Below are positions 8,838 to 19,763 of a stretch of DNA of 64,000 nt, piece after piece; the stretch's first letter is position 1; every line of letters begins with the position of its first letter. The stretch is taken from assembly GCF_030531065.1 (NCBI RefSeq), contig NZ_JAUNOQ010000006.1, positions 89,045-153,044 of the forward strand, written 5' to 3'. Position numbers and translations under genes: made by a program. Origin of the DNA: Phascolarctobacterium sp. (lineage in GTDB: Bacteria > Bacillota > Negativicutes > Acidaminococcales > Acidaminococcaceae). The notes under the pieces are model-generated. The model was not told where the DNA came from, made no database searches, and was given only the letters and a program-made list of their open reading frames with translations.

Positions 8838-11800
8838 TTACGCTTTTACTCTAAAGATAATGGCATACAGTACGGGAAGTACCACTAAGGTAAGCAGCGT
8901 CGCGCCGGTCAGGCCGCAGGCGATGGCCACGGCCATAGCGTTCCAGAATTGGCTGGCGAACATGGGGATGAGACCCAAAACTGTGGTGAAAGCGGCCAGC
9001 ATAATGGGACGGAAGCGCACGATGGCCGATTCAACGATGGCCTCTGATTGCGTCATGCCCGCGTCCAGATGCTGCTGGATCTGGTCGACAATGACCATGC
9101 TGTTGCGGATGATGGTACCCGTCAGCGCCAGAATGCCCAGCTCCGCCATAAAGCCCAGCGAAGCGTTGAAGAGCAGCAGGCCGAAAATAACGCCGATAAT
9201 GCCCATGGGCGCGGTCAGCATGATGACGACGAGCTTGCGGATATCCTGCAGCTGCAGCATGATGAGAATCATAATCAGCAGGATCATCAGGGGCACAGGC
9301 TGCAAGAGATAATTCAGCGTTTTTTTGCTGTCCTCCAGCGAGCCGCCGATTTCAATACTCATGCCTGCTGGAAGCTGGGAACGCAGCTCTGCCAGCTGGT
9401 CGTAAATTTGCTGGGTAACGTCGTTGCCCGTAACGCCGGGGACAAGGCCGCCGTTGACGGTGATGGTGGGGCGCAGGTTGCGCCGCCAGATCATATTATC
9501 CTCGCTGGTATATTCCACCCGCGCCACTTGCGACAGGGTAACGGCGCCGCTAGCGGTGGGGATGGCGACGGCCTCCAGCTGCGAAATATCGGCGCGTTCT
9601 TTGGGATCCAGACGGAAAACGATGCCGATTTCTTGGTCGCCCTCTAGATAGGTGGCGGCGGTGTAGCCGGATACCTGCGCCTGCAAAGCGGTGGCTACGG
9701 CCTGTCGCGTCAGACCCATTTGCAGCAGCTTATCGTTATCGATGGTGATTTTAACGGCGTTGCTTTGCTCCAGCCAGTCCAGCCGCGTCATATTCACATA
9801 GGGATGCGCCGCCATAACTTCGCGCACCTTTTGCGCGTATTCTTTAACCTGCTTATCGTCGCTGCCGCTGACGCGCAGCATTACGGGATAGGGAGCGGGC
9901 GGCCCCAGGGGAATAGTGCGGGAGTAGACCACGGCCTCCGGCAGCTGCTCTGCTGCCAGCTGATTGATGCGCTTATCCAAACGCTGGCGTGCTTCTACGC
10001 TTTTGGCTACGACTACCAGCTGGGCGTAATTATCGCGCGGCTGCACAGGGTCGATAACCAGCACGAAGCGGGGAGCGCTTTTGCCGATATAGGTGCTCAC
10101 GTGGTCAAGGTCTTCGTCGTCCTTGATGAGCTCGGTCAGCTTACGCGCCGCAGCGTCGGTGTTTTTTATGGAGCTGCCTTCGGGCAGGTTCAGCTCTACT
10201 AAAAGCTCCGGACGCACGGAGGCGGGAAAAAATTCCTGGCTGACAAAGCGCAGCATATAGACGGAAAAGCACAGCACCGCGGCGGTGACGCCGACGATAA
10301 TTGCCTTATGCTTCAGCGACCATTGCAGCAGGCTGCGGAACTGGCGGTAGAAAAAGCTGTCGTAGCTGTCCGCCTTGATGACGCTGGGGCGAATCCATTC
10401 GTAGCCCAGCACCGGCGCCAGCGTGGCCGATACCAGCCAGCTCAGCAGCAGCGTTACGCTCATGACGGGAAAAAGGCTGTAGGCAAATTCCGAAGCGGAG
10501 GCTTGGGAAAAGGCGATGGGCATAAAGCCCAGGCAGGTAATGACCGTGCCGGTGAACAGGGGCCAGGCGCAGGTCTTGAAGGCGTAGGACGCGGCCTCCT
10601 TGCGCTCCATGCCCTCGGACATTTTGACCTCCATCAGCTCCACGACGACGATGGCGTCGTCCACCAGCATGCCCAGCGAAATGACCAGCGCACCCAGGGA
10701 AACCTTGTGCAGGTCGATGCCCAGCGTCAGCATCGCGGCGAAGGAGCCGAGCAGAATCAAAGGGATGCAGCAGGAGATGACGTAGCCAGCCCGCCGTCCC
10801 AGACTGAACAGGCTGACGGCCAGCACGATGATGATGGCTTCGTATAAGCTTTGGCTGAATTCGCTGATGGAAGCTTTTACGACTTCCGGCTGGTTTGCTA
10901 CCTGGTTAAGCTCCAGCCCCAGCGGCAGTTCGCGTTGGATGCGTTCGATTTCTTTAGCCAGGTTTTCGCCCAAGCGGATATTGTTGCCGCCGTCCTCCAT
11001 GGAGATGGCGACGCCCACGGCAGGCTGGCCGTTATAATACATCAAGGGGTCGGGCGGGTCGGCGTAGCCGCGGCTGATTTGCGCAATATCGCCCAGGCGG
11101 AAGACCTTGCCGTTGGCGTTAATGGGAATGGCCGCAATATTTTCCACGCTGCTGGGGCTGCCGCTAATGCGCAGGTAGGCGTTGGCCGTGTCCGTTTCCA
11201 CCATGCCGGAGGGAGTAACGGCTGTTTGCGCTTTAACCGTGGCGGCGATAGTTTCTAAATCCAGCCCCAGCCGCGCCAGCTTATCTGCTTGCATCTGCAC
11301 GTAGATTTTTTCCGGTTGCACGCCGACCAGCTCTACCTTTTTGACGTCGGGAACGGCGAAAAAGTCCAGCTTGATTTTTTCCGCATAACGGCGCATATCC
11401 TCGTAGGAATAGCCGTCGCCCGTGAGCGCGTAAATATTGCCGTATACGTCGTCGAAACGGTCGTTATAATAGGGACCGTAAGAGCCCGTGGGCAGCTTAC
11501 TTTGCGCGTCGCCCACCATATTGCGCAGCTCCAGCCAGCGCTGGCGCACCATGTTGCCCGTGACCTCGTCCTTGAGCGTGACGGTAATGACGCAGCTGCC
11601 CGGCCGGGAATAGCTGGTGATTTTATCTATCTGCGGCAGGTTCTGGATTTCTTTTTCAATCGTATTGGTCAGATGCATTTCCACATCCTTGGCGCTGGCT
11701 CCGGGCCAGGCGGCGGACACTACCATCTGCTTGACGGCGAAGCTGGGGTCCTCGCTGCGTCCTAAGGATTTAAAGGCAAAAAGCCCCATGACCAATACTA

Positions 11801-11888
11801 AAAAGGCAAAGAAGTATACTAATTGGCGGTGCTCGATGGACCATGCCGCCCAGTTTGTTTGTTGGCGATTGTGCTTATCGGCGGACAT
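8838..11888 (-). CDS. RND efflux permease (AcrB/AcrD/AcrF family)
   Basis: 1016 aa, two hydrophobic blocks, GMLVDDAIVVVE and RFRPIMLAAFTTVLGLIPM motifs. Confidence 0.93.
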   Translation of the reverse strand: MSADKHNRQQTNWAAWSIEHRQLVYFFAFLVLVMGLFAFKSLGRSEDPSFAVKQMVVSAAWPGASAKDVEMHLTNTIEKEIQNLPQIDKITSYSRPGSCVITVTLKDEVTGNMVRQRWLELRNMVGDAQSKLPTGSYGPYYNDRFDDVYGNIYALTGDGYSYEDMRRYAEKIKLDFFAVPDVKKVELVGVQPEKIYVQMQADKLARLGLDLETIAATVKAQTAVTPSGMVETDTANAYLRISGSPSSVENIAAIPINANGKVFRLGDIAQISRGYADPPDPLMYYNGQPAVGVAISMEDGGNNIRLGENLAKEIERIQRELPLGLELNQVANQPEVVKASISEFSQSLYEAIIIVLAVSLFSLGRRAGYVISCCIPLILLGSFAAMLTLGIDLHKVSLGALVISLGMLVDDAIVVVELMEVKMSEGMERKEAASYAFKTCAWPLFTGTVITCLGFMPIAFSQASASEFAYSLFPVMSVTLLLSWLVSATLAPVLGYEWIRPSVIKADSYDSFFYRQFRSLLQWSLKHKAIIVGVTAAVLCFSVYMLRFVSQEFFPASVRPELLVELNLPEGSSIKNTDAAARKLTELIKDDEDLDHVSTYIGKSAPRFVLVIDPVQPRDNYAQLVVVAKSVEARQRLDKRINQLAAEQLPEAVVYSRTIPLGPPAPYPVMLRVSGSDDKQVKEYAQKVREVMAAHPYVNMTRLDWLEQSNAVKITIDNDKLLQMGLTRQAVATALQAQVSGYTAATYLEGDQEIGIVFRLDPKERADISQLEAVAIPTASGAVTLSQVARVEYTSEDNMIWRRNLRPTITVNGGLVPGVTGNDVTQQIYDQLAELRSQLPAGMSIEIGGSLEDSKKTLNYLLQPVPLMILLIMILIMLQLQDIRKLVVIMLTAPMGIIGVIFGLLLFNASLGFMAELGILALTGTIIRNSMVIVDQIQQHLDAGMTQSEAIVESAIVRFRPIMLAAFTTVLGLIPMFASQFWNAMAVAIACGLTGATLLTLVVLPVLYAIIFRVKA

Positions 11889-13018
11889 CAGGACTCACCG
11901 CCTTCCTCCACGCGAACCTCCTGATTAGGGGTAAGCTTGCTCAGCCCTGCGGTAATAATAACGTCGCCGGGGGTTAGGCCGTCGGCAATGCGCACCATAT
12001 TGCCTTCGTACCCGGCTATCCGCACGTCGGTCAGCTGGGCGTGCTTGTCGCGTACTACCCATACCTGGGGCTGTCCGTCCACCTGATAAAGCGCGGTGGC
12101 CGGAATAAGCAGCTGTTGGGAGCTATCTGTGTCGCTGAGCAGCGTGACCTTGGCGGTCATGCCGAGACGGGCTGCTTCCGGCAGGTCTGGCACGGCGATG
12201 CAGACCTTATAGGTGCGCGCTACCGGGTCGGCCATGGGAGCGATTTCCCGCACCGTGCCTGCGGCGGTTACGTTGGGCAGCGCCCAAAAGCTGATTTGCG
12301 CAGGCTGTCCCAGCTGCACGCGCGCGTCTTCGGGTACGTTGATTTGTATTTCGCGCTGACCGCTGCGCACCACCGTGGCGATGGGCGTTCCGGCGGCCAC
12401 TACCTGGCCTATTTCCGCATTAACGGCGGCCACTACGCCGTCGGCGTCGCTAACGAGCTGCGTATAACCAAGCTGATGGCTGCTGATATTGGCCTGGGCC
12501 CGGGCTTGGCGCAGAGCGGCGCTGGCTGCTTCCAGCTGCGTATTATATTGGTCGCGCACGGCTTCGCTGACGGCTCCCTGAGCGTACAGAGAGTTGTAGC
12601 GGGCGGCGTTGTCGGCTGCCAGCTTGTGGTTGGCGGCGGCGCTGGCCAGCTGGGCGGAGTCTGCCTCCACGCTTTGGTTAACGTCCTTGGGATCCAGCGT
12701 CAGCAGCACTTGCCCTGCGGCGACGCGGTCGCCCACGTTTACCATACGGGCGTTAATCTTGCCTGCGACCTGAAAGGCCAGCTGGCTTTCGTAACGGCCG
12801 CGTACTTCGCCCGGGTAAACGCTGCCAACGTCGGCTGCCGCAGTGCCTGCGGTAAAGGTGCGTACCAGCGGGACAACTTTAGCTTGCTCCGGCGTATTAG
12901 TAATATTGCGGTACAAAACTGCGCCTCCGCCCGCAAGCACGATTACGGCGAGGGCGGCGGCTATTTTCTTTTGGTTAGCGGGATTGCTTAGGATTTTCTT
13001 CATCATCATAATCACCAC
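11888..13018 (-). CDS. RND efflux periplasmic adaptor (membrane fusion protein)
   Basis: N-terminal TM, FQVAGKI..RMVNVGDRV lipoyl half, coiled hairpin, LIPATAL, GLTPGDVII. Confidence 0.9.
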   Translation of the reverse strand: MVIMMMKKILSNPANQKKIAAALAVIVLAGGGAVLYRNITNTPEQAKVVPLVRTFTAGTAAADVGSVYPGEVRGRYESQLAFQVAGKINARMVNVGDRVAAGQVLLTLDPKDVNQSVEADSAQLASAAANHKLAADNAARYNSLYAQGAVSEAVRDQYNTQLEAASAALRQARAQANISSHQLGYTQLVSDADGVVAAVNAEIGQVVAAGTPIATVVRSGQREIQINVPEDARVQLGQPAQISFWALPNVTAAGTVREIAPMADPVARTYKVCIAVPDLPEAARLGMTAKVTLLSDTDSSQQLLIPATALYQVDGQPQVWVVRDKHAQLTDVRIAGYEGNMVRIADGLTPGDVIITAGLSKLTPNQEVRVEEGGES

Positions 13019-13391
13019 GCTGTAAAATTTTTAATCGTTCAATTAAATTATAGGCTTCTTAATGCACTTGCGTCAAGCGACAAGAGTGTGAAGTACAATC
13101 AGGGCGTTGGGGTAAAGCAAAAGCCCGGTCGTAGGGAGCGGGTCGGTGTATTTTTCTTTATATATTTGTGATTTGTTACTATGCTATTGTCAGAAGATAA
13201 GAAGCGGCTAAATAAAAATCCCTTCTTAATTTATCCTTGACAAGGGGTACACTTTAGTCTGCTTTAATTTTTGTAGCGCAGGACTTTTTATAGGATAAGA
13301 AAATTAGCCCTGCTGCAATGTTTTTTGCACTAAGGTGTTGAGTTAAAAGCGAATTTGTGATAAAATATCAAAGATATAATGACAGTAGTAT

Positions 13392-13862
13392 TTGCATCTG
13401 GCGAAAGGATGGCGATGGCCGGTGGTGGAACAGGTAAAGGATGTTCCCGCTTACATCCGCAAAATGTACGGTTACAATTCCTTTATGACTAATTTTGGCG
13501 TTCATATTGATGAAGTAACCTGCGGCGGAGCGGTCGTTAGTCTGGAAATCGATCCGTTGAAGCATTTTAATCATCGCGGCATTTGTCACGGAGGCGTATT
13601 GGCGGCCTTGGCCGATTCTGTCCTGGGAGTGACGGGGGCCAGCGTAGGCGCAGCGGTAGCCACGCTTAATTTCAGTATGAATTTTATCCGTAATGTGCAT
13701 AGCGGCGGACGGGTTTATGTTAGAAGCAGGATTCGCCACAATGGGCATAAAACCATGGTAATCGAAGCTGAAATGTATGATGCAGATGATACCTTAATGG
13801 CAACTATTTTGACAACGATGTTTGTTGTCGGTCGTTTTGAAGAAATACCCGCCAAATGGTGA
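13392..13862 (+). CDS. PaaI-family thioesterase (hotdog fold); start uncertain
   Basis: HFNHRGICHGGVLAALADS motif. Confidence 0.85.
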   Translation: MHLAKGWRWPVVEQVKDVPAYIRKMYGYNSFMTNFGVHIDEVTCGGAVVSLEIDPLKHFNHRGICHGGVLAALADSVLGVTGASVGAAVATLNFSMNFIRNVHSGGRVYVRSRIRHNGHKTMVIEAEMYDADDTLMATILTTMFVVGRFEEIPAKW

Positions 13863-13927
13863 ACCTATCCGCAGTAGTTTGGAAGGGAGAATGATTGCGG
13901 CCTGTCCGCAAAATATTTAAGGAGGAT

Positions 13928-15070
13928 ATGATGGATTTTGCACTGAACGAGGAACAACTTGAATTACAGGAAATGGTGAGGGAGTTTGTTGAAAAGGAAA
14001 TCGCTCCCTATGCCGCTGAAATGGATAAAGAAAACCATATGCGCGACGGCCTGATTGCCAAGGCTGACGAAATGGGCCTTTTGAATGTTATCGTTCCTGA
14101 AGAGCTGGACGGCCCCGGTCTGGACAGTATTTCTATCGCAACTATTTATGAAGAGTTGGGCAAGGGCTGCGCAGGCGTAGCTACCAGTCTGGCCGCCAAC
14201 AGCCTGGCAACTGTGCCCGTGCTTTTGGCCGGCACTGACGAGCAAAAGAAAATGTACTGCGACGTACTGAATAACGGCGGCCTGGCCGCTTTCGCACTGA
14301 CTGAACCCGGCGCAGGCAGCGATGCGGGCGGCGTTTCCACCCGTGCGGAAAAAAATAAAGAAGACGGCACGTATACTCTGAACGGCACGAAAATGTTCAT
14401 TACCAACGGCGGCCTGGCCGATATTTTCCTGGTATTCGCCAACACGCGCAAAACCGGCGGCATCCGCGGCTTGACTGCGTTCATCGTGCCGAAAGGTACT
14501 CCGGGCTTTACCATTGGTAAAAAAGAAGACAAGATGGGCATTCGTCCCTCCAATACCTGCGAGCTGGTGCTGCAGGACGTGGTTATTCCCGAATCCTATC
14601 GCGTAGGCCGCGAGGGCGAAGGCTTCCGCATTGCCATGAATACTCTGGACAGCGCCCGTCCTTTCGTTGGCGCTGTTTCCGTTGGTATCGCTCAGGCTGC
14701 TTTGGACTGCGCTGTAAAATACGCTAAGGAGCGCCGTCAGTTTGGCCAGCCCATCGCTTCCTTCCAAATGGTACAGTCTATGCTGGCAGATATGGCCATG
14801 AAGGTTGAAACTGCCCGCCTGCTGGTGCTGAAGGCCTGCTGGATGCGCGACCAGGGCATGGAATTTTCCAAAGAAGCCGCTATGGCTAAATGCTATGCTG
14901 CCGACGTAGCTATGCAGGTTACTACCGACGCCGTACAGGTAATGGGCGGCTACGGCTACACCAAGGAATATCCTGTAGAGAAGATGATGCGCGACGCTAA
15001 GATTATGCAGATCTACGAAGGCACTAACCAAATCCAACGCCTGGTTATCGCCAACAAGCTGCTTTACTAA
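13928..15070 (+). CDS. Acyl-CoA dehydrogenase (butyryl-CoA dehydrogenase-like)
   Basis: FALTEPGAGSDAG, NGTKMFITNG, KEDKMGIRPSNTCEL, RRQFGQPI, GGYGYTKEYPVE, IYEGTNQIQR. Confidence 0.93.
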   Translation: MMDFALNEEQLELQEMVREFVEKEIAPYAAEMDKENHMRDGLIAKADEMGLLNVIVPEELDGPGLDSISIATIYEELGKGCAGVATSLAANSLATVPVLLAGTDEQKKMYCDVLNNGGLAAFALTEPGAGSDAGGVSTRAEKNKEDGTYTLNGTKMFITNGGLADIFLVFANTRKTGGIRGLTAFIVPKGTPGFTIGKKEDKMGIRPSNTCELVLQDVVIPESYRVGREGEGFRIAMNTLDSARPFVGAVSVGIAQAALDCAVKYAKERRQFGQPIASFQMVQSMLADMAMKVETARLLVLKACWMRDQGMEFSKEAAMAKCYAADVAMQVTTDAVQVMGGYGYTKEYPVEKMMRDAKIMQIYEGTNQIQRLVIANKLLY

Positions 15071-15082
15071 GCTTAAAGATTA

Positions 15083-15117
15083 TGTCCCCTGCTGTAACAA
15101 AGCAGGGGATTTTTTTG
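15083..15117 (+). terminator. Intrinsic terminator after acyl-CoA dehydrogenase
   Basis: TCCCCTGCT-GTAACAA-AGCAGGGGA followed by TTTTTTT. Confidence 0.75.
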
Positions 15118-15203
15118 TAAGTTTGTGTGCCGGCTATATTTTCATGCCGTGATTGTGGTATAATAAACAAAATGGTTTGTTGTGTGTTAAGGAGGAATGA
15201 ATT

Positions 15204-15485
15204 ATGGATATTGCGCAAATGAAAAATATTGTACATACTGTGGTTCATGAATTTCCTATAAAAAAAATTACGCTTTTTGGCTCGCGCGCAGATAATACTA
15301 ATAGAAGCGACAGCGACGTGGATTTGATTATTGAATTTTATCAGCCGGTATCTTTGTTGACTTTATCGCAGGTACGCCTGCGTTTGGAGGATTTGTTCGG
15401 ACTGCCCGTCGATGTTGTGCATGGGCCTATGCGCTCAGAAGATTTGTTGGAAATAAGTCATGAGGTAGATTTATATGTCGCGTAG
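15204..15485 (+). CDS. Minimal nucleotidyltransferase (MNT/MntA-type antitoxin)
   Basis: LFGSRA...DSDVDL and VDVV motifs; 93 aa; overlaps downstream HEPN gene. Confidence 0.85.
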   Translation: MDIAQMKNIVHTVVHEFPIKKITLFGSRADNTNRSDSDVDLIIEFYQPVSLLTLSQVRLRLEDLFGLPVDVVHGPMRSEDLLEISHEVDLYVA

Positions 15486-15831
15486 GGACAAAATTATTTT
15501 GCAGAAAGTAATAGCAGAAATAGATATTGGCTCTGATATGTTGGGGGAAGTAGGCTTAGAACAATTTTTAATTGATGAAAAATTGAAGCGAGCTATTTGC
15601 ATGACAGTTATCAACATCGGTGAGCTGATAAAGAATATTACTGATGAAACCAGAAATATTTATCCTCTGATTCCTTGGAAAGCTATTGCCGGGATGCGCG
15701 ATTTAACGGCGCATAAATATCAGACGCTGCGCATGGAAGACGTCTATAATACGGCAAAAATAGATTTTCCGAAACTCAAACAGGATTTGCAAAAGGTATT
15801 AGACAAATTATATAACAATACAGAACAATAG
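15475..15831 (+). CDS. HEPN/DUF86 RNase toxin (HepT type)
   Basis: IPWKAIAGMRDLTAHKY carries the RX4HXY motif. Confidence 0.85.
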   Translation: MSRRDKIILQKVIAEIDIGSDMLGEVGLEQFLIDEKLKRAICMTVINIGELIKNITDETRNIYPLIPWKAIAGMRDLTAHKYQTLRMEDVYNTAKIDFPKLKQDLQKVLDKLYNNTEQ

Positions 15832-15841
15832 GAGAACTTAT

Positions 15842-16294
15842 ATGTTTTATGGTTTGCTGGCTTTGGCAGTGGTGCTTGCGGATCAGCTGACAAAGCTTTA
15901 TGTGGCGGCGCATTTTGCGGTGGGGGAAAGCGTGCCGGTGATTGAAAATATTTTTCACTGGACGTATATTTTAAATCCGGGCGCGGCCTTTGGCATTATG
16001 GAGGGAAGCCGCTGGCTGTTCGTGGTCATTGCTTTGGCGGTGATGGGCTGCGTGTGGTTCCTGCGGCGGGAAATTGCGGCTAACGGCCCTTGGGCCTGTT
16101 ACGGCGCGGCGCTGTTTGTCGGCGGCGCTATCGGCAATCTTATCGACCGCACCCGTCAGGGATTGGTGATCGACTTTTTTGATTTTCGTATCTGGCCCGT
16201 GTTCAACGTGGCGGATATCGCTATTTGCGTAGGAGTTGGAAGTATTATATGGAGTATAGTGCAAACGGAGCTGCTGGCGAGCAGGAAAAACTGA
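15842..16294 (+). CDS. lspA: Lipoprotein signal peptidase II
   Basis: DQLTK, NPGAAFG, GGAIGNLIDR, VIDF, VFNVADIAI. Confidence 0.93.
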   Translation: MFYGLLALAVVLADQLTKLYVAAHFAVGESVPVIENIFHWTYILNPGAAFGIMEGSRWLFVVIALAVMGCVWFLRREIAANGPWACYGAALFVGGAIGNLIDRTRQGLVIDFFDFRIWPVFNVADIAICVGVGSIIWSIVQTELLASRKN

Positions 16295-17196
16295 TTATTA
16301 CGGAGCAGGAGGCCGGCCAACGCGCCGACGTTGCGTTAGCGGCGCTCTTGGAGCTGACGCGTTCCAATATGCAGAAGCTGCTGGAGGAGGGACGCGCCGT
16401 GAAGGGAGCTAAGGTAATCAAAGCGAACTACAAGCTGAAAGCAGGCGACGAAATTACAGTTACGTTGCCCGCGCCCCAGCCCCTGGACGTGCAGCCGGAA
16501 AATATTCCCTTGGATATTATTTACGAGGACGAGGACGTAGTAGTGGTCAACAAGCCGCGCGGCATGGTGGTGCATCCTGCGGCGGGAAATTACAGCGGCA
16601 CCCTGGTCAACGCGCTGCTGTACCACTGCAAAAATTTGTCGGGCATCAACGGCGTGATTCGTCCGGGCATCGTCCATCGTTTGGATAAGGATACCAGCGG
16701 CATTATGATTTGCGCCAAAAACGACGCGGCGCATCTGTCCTTGTCGCAGCAGATTCAGAATAAAACGGCACAGCGCGCTTATCTGGCCGTAGTGCGCGGC
16801 AATATTAAGACTGACGAGGGCGTTATCGAAACCCTTATCGCCCGCGATAAAAACGACCGCAAAAAAATGGCGGTGGTTAAAGAGGATGGGCGTCAGGCCA
16901 TTACGGAATACCAGGTGCTGGAGCGCTTCGGCAAGTACACTATCGTGCGCTGCAGGCTGCGCACCGGGCGCACGCATCAGATTCGCGTGCATATGGAATA
17001 TTTAGGCTATCCGCTGGTGGGCGACCCTAAATATTCGCCGATGAAAACGCCCTTCGCTATTAACGGGCAGGCGCTGCATTCCCAAACCTTGGAGTTTGAC
17101 CATCCGCGCACCGGCCAGCGGCTGCATTTTGAAGCGCCCTTGCCGGAGGATTTGCAGAAGATTGTGACGCGCCTGCGCTTAGGGCAGTTTAATTAG
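16249..17196 (+). CDS. rluD: RluA/RluD-family 23S rRNA pseudouridine synthase
   Basis: S4 domain, VVNKPRGMVVHP, RPGIVHRLDKDTSG, TGRTHQIRVH, GDPKY. Confidence 0.9.
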   Translation: MEYSANGAAGEQEKLIITEQEAGQRADVALAALLELTRSNMQKLLEEGRAVKGAKVIKANYKLKAGDEITVTLPAPQPLDVQPENIPLDIIYEDEDVVVVNKPRGMVVHPAAGNYSGTLVNALLYHCKNLSGINGVIRPGIVHRLDKDTSGIMICAKNDAAHLSLSQQIQNKTAQRAYLAVVRGNIKTDEGVIETLIARDKNDRKKMAVVKEDGRQAITEYQVLERFGKYTIVRCRLRTGRTHQIRVHMEYLGYPLVGDPKYSPMKTPFAINGQALHSQTLEFDHPRTGQRLHFEAPLPEDLQKIVTRLRLGQFN

Positions 17197-17260
17197 TTTA
17201 TTTTGCTCTGACCATTGGGAGCAGGGCTGGCAAAGATAAAATTTTTTAGAGGTGACTTAA

Positions 17261-17812
<552 letters not shown>

Positions 17813-17837
17813 CGGCTGCTGGGCAGGAGGCAGATTT

Positions 17838-18476
17838 ATGGAACAGGCAGAAATTTTACGCAATCAATTGTTAGGCGAAACGCTGGTGAAAAAATTGAGT
17901 CAGCGCGGCTTCGGCGCCTATTACTGCGCTGATAAAAACGCGGCGCTGGCTAAAGCGCTGGAGCTGATTCCCGCGGAGGATGTGGTGTCCTGGGGCGGTT
18001 CCGTAACGATTAAGGAAATAGGACTGCTGGACGCCGTTAAGCGGCGCAATCCCGTTATCGACAGGGATACGGCGGCTAATGCTGAAGAAAAAACGGAGCT
18101 GATGCGCCGTGCGCTTTTGTGTGATACTTATTTGATGAGCGCGAACGCCATCAGCAAGGACGGACAGCTGGTAAATATTGACGGCAACGGCAATCGCGTG
18201 GCCGCGCTGATTTACGGGCCGAAGCAAGTACTTGTTATCGCCGGCATGAATAAGGTGGCCGGTACGCTGGAGGGGGCGCTGGACAGAGCGCGCAACGTGG
18301 CCGCGCCGATTAACGCCGCCCGTTTCGCCGGGCTGCCGACGCCCTGCGCCAAGACTGGCGCGTGCGCTGAGTGCGCTTCGGCGCAGAGCATTTGTTCCCA
18401 GGTGGTTATTACCAGAACCTGCCGCGTACCGCAGCGCATTAAGGTCATTTTGGTGGGCGAGAGCCTAGGCTTTTAA
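17838..18476 (+). CDS. LutC/YkgG (LUD domain) family protein with Cys-rich C-terminus
   Basis: SWGGSVT, SANAI..DGQLVNIDGNGNRVAA...GP, AGMNK, CAKTGAC.EC....IC. Confidence 0.8.
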   Translation: MEQAEILRNQLLGETLVKKLSQRGFGAYYCADKNAALAKALELIPAEDVVSWGGSVTIKEIGLLDAVKRRNPVIDRDTAANAEEKTELMRRALLCDTYLMSANAISKDGQLVNIDGNGNRVAALIYGPKQVLVIAGMNKVAGTLEGALDRARNVAAPINAARFAGLPTPCAKTGACAECASAQSICSQVVITRTCRVPQRIKVILVGESLGF

Positions 18477-18524
18477 TTACGGCAAGCGTTTCGTAGCTTA
18501 TCTTGTGCAAGGCGGGTGAAAAAA

Positions 18525-19751
18525 ATGGCGAGAACGATAATTTTACTTTTAGATTCTTTTGGCGTCGGCTATGCCCGCGACGCGGCGGCCTTTGGCGACG
18601 AGGGCGCCGATACCCTGGGGCATATTTGCCAATGGTTTGCCGATAACCGCAGGGACGCGCAGGGCAAAGCGCAGCCCTTGTACCTGCCGAATCTGGCGGG
18701 CCGCGGCCTGCAAAAGGCGGCGGAGCTGAGCCGGGGCGCGGCGCTGCCAGCTGCGTTAGGCGCGGAGCATAGCGTGGGCGCGTATACCTACGCCCAGGAG
18801 GTGAGCCGCGGCAAGGATACCTTGAGCGGGCATTGGGAAATTGCGGGCGTACCGGTAACTTTCGATTGGGGTTATTTCCCCGACGTACCCAAGTGCTTTC
18901 CGCAGGATTTAATTGATAAGCTGGTCGCGCAGGGAAATCTGCCCGGCGTTTTGGGCGAGAGCCATGCTTCCGGCACGGAAATTATTAAGGAGCTGGGCGA
19001 GGAGCATCTGCGGACGGGTAAGCCCATCGTTTATACCTCGGCGGACAGCGTTTTGCAAATTGCGGCGCACGAAGAAGCTTTCGGCTTGGAACGGCTCTAC
19101 GCTTTGTGCAAGCTGGCCTTTGAGTTGGTGCAGCCGTATAAAATCGCCCGCGTTATCGCCCGCCCCTTCGTGGGGACGTGCGCGGAAGATTTCGTCCGCA
19201 CGACCAACCGCCACGATTACGCAGTGCCTGCGCCGCAGCAGACGCTGCTGGATAAAATGACGGCGGCGGGGGGCAGCGTGTACGCAGTGGGCAAGATTGC
19301 GGATATTTTCGCTCATCGCGGCATTACGAAGCACTACGCGGCGGGCGGTTTAGAAAAATTGGTGGACGCTACGGTGCAGGCTGTGCAGGACGCGCCGGAT
19401 AACGCTATCGTCTTTACGAATTTTGTGGATTTTGATTCCAGCTACGGCCATCGCCGCGACATTCGCGGCTACGGCGAGGCTTTGGAATATTTTGATAAAC
19501 GGCTGCCGGAAATTACCGGTTTGCTGCGGCCCGACGATTTGCTGCTGATTACGGCGGATCATGGCAACGACCCCAGCTGGCAGGGCACTGACCACACGCG
19601 CGAAAAAATTCCCGTGCTGTTTTCCGGCGCGGGGACGCGCTGCGGGCAGCTCGTTCCCATGGATACCTTCGCCGATATCGGCAGAACGATAGCCGATTAT
19701 ATGGGGTTGGAGCCGACCTTTATGGGGAAGGCTGCGGTTTACGCAAAGTAA
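18525..19751 (+). CDS. deoB: Phosphopentomutase
   Basis: LLLDSFGVG, GKDTLSGHWE, YTSADSVLQIAAHE, NFVDFDSSYGHRRD, TADHGNDP, DHTRE. Confidence 0.93.
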   Translation: MARTIILLLDSFGVGYARDAAAFGDEGADTLGHICQWFADNRRDAQGKAQPLYLPNLAGRGLQKAAELSRGAALPAALGAEHSVGAYTYAQEVSRGKDTLSGHWEIAGVPVTFDWGYFPDVPKCFPQDLIDKLVAQGNLPGVLGESHASGTEIIKELGEEHLRTGKPIVYTSADSVLQIAAHEEAFGLERLYALCKLAFELVQPYKIARVIARPFVGTCAEDFVRTTNRHDYAVPAPQQTLLDKMTAAGGSVYAVGKIADIFAHRGITKHYAAGGLEKLVDATVQAVQDAPDNAIVFTNFVDFDSSYGHRRDIRGYGEALEYFDKRLPEITGLLRPDDLLLITADHGNDPSWQGTDHTREKIPVLFSGAGTRCGQLVPMDTFADIGRTIADYMGLEPTFMGKAAVYAK

Positions 19752-19763
19752 GGGGGCGGTTTT

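Noticed and set aside
13160-13380. Rex/CRP-like TTGTGA sites upstream of the thioesterase and acyl-CoA dehydrogenase
   Set aside because: Right half-sites match the palindromic consensus poorly.
17200-17260. PyrR-binding attenuator upstream of pyrR
   Set aside because: No recognisable PyrR binding loop motif; the region is too short.
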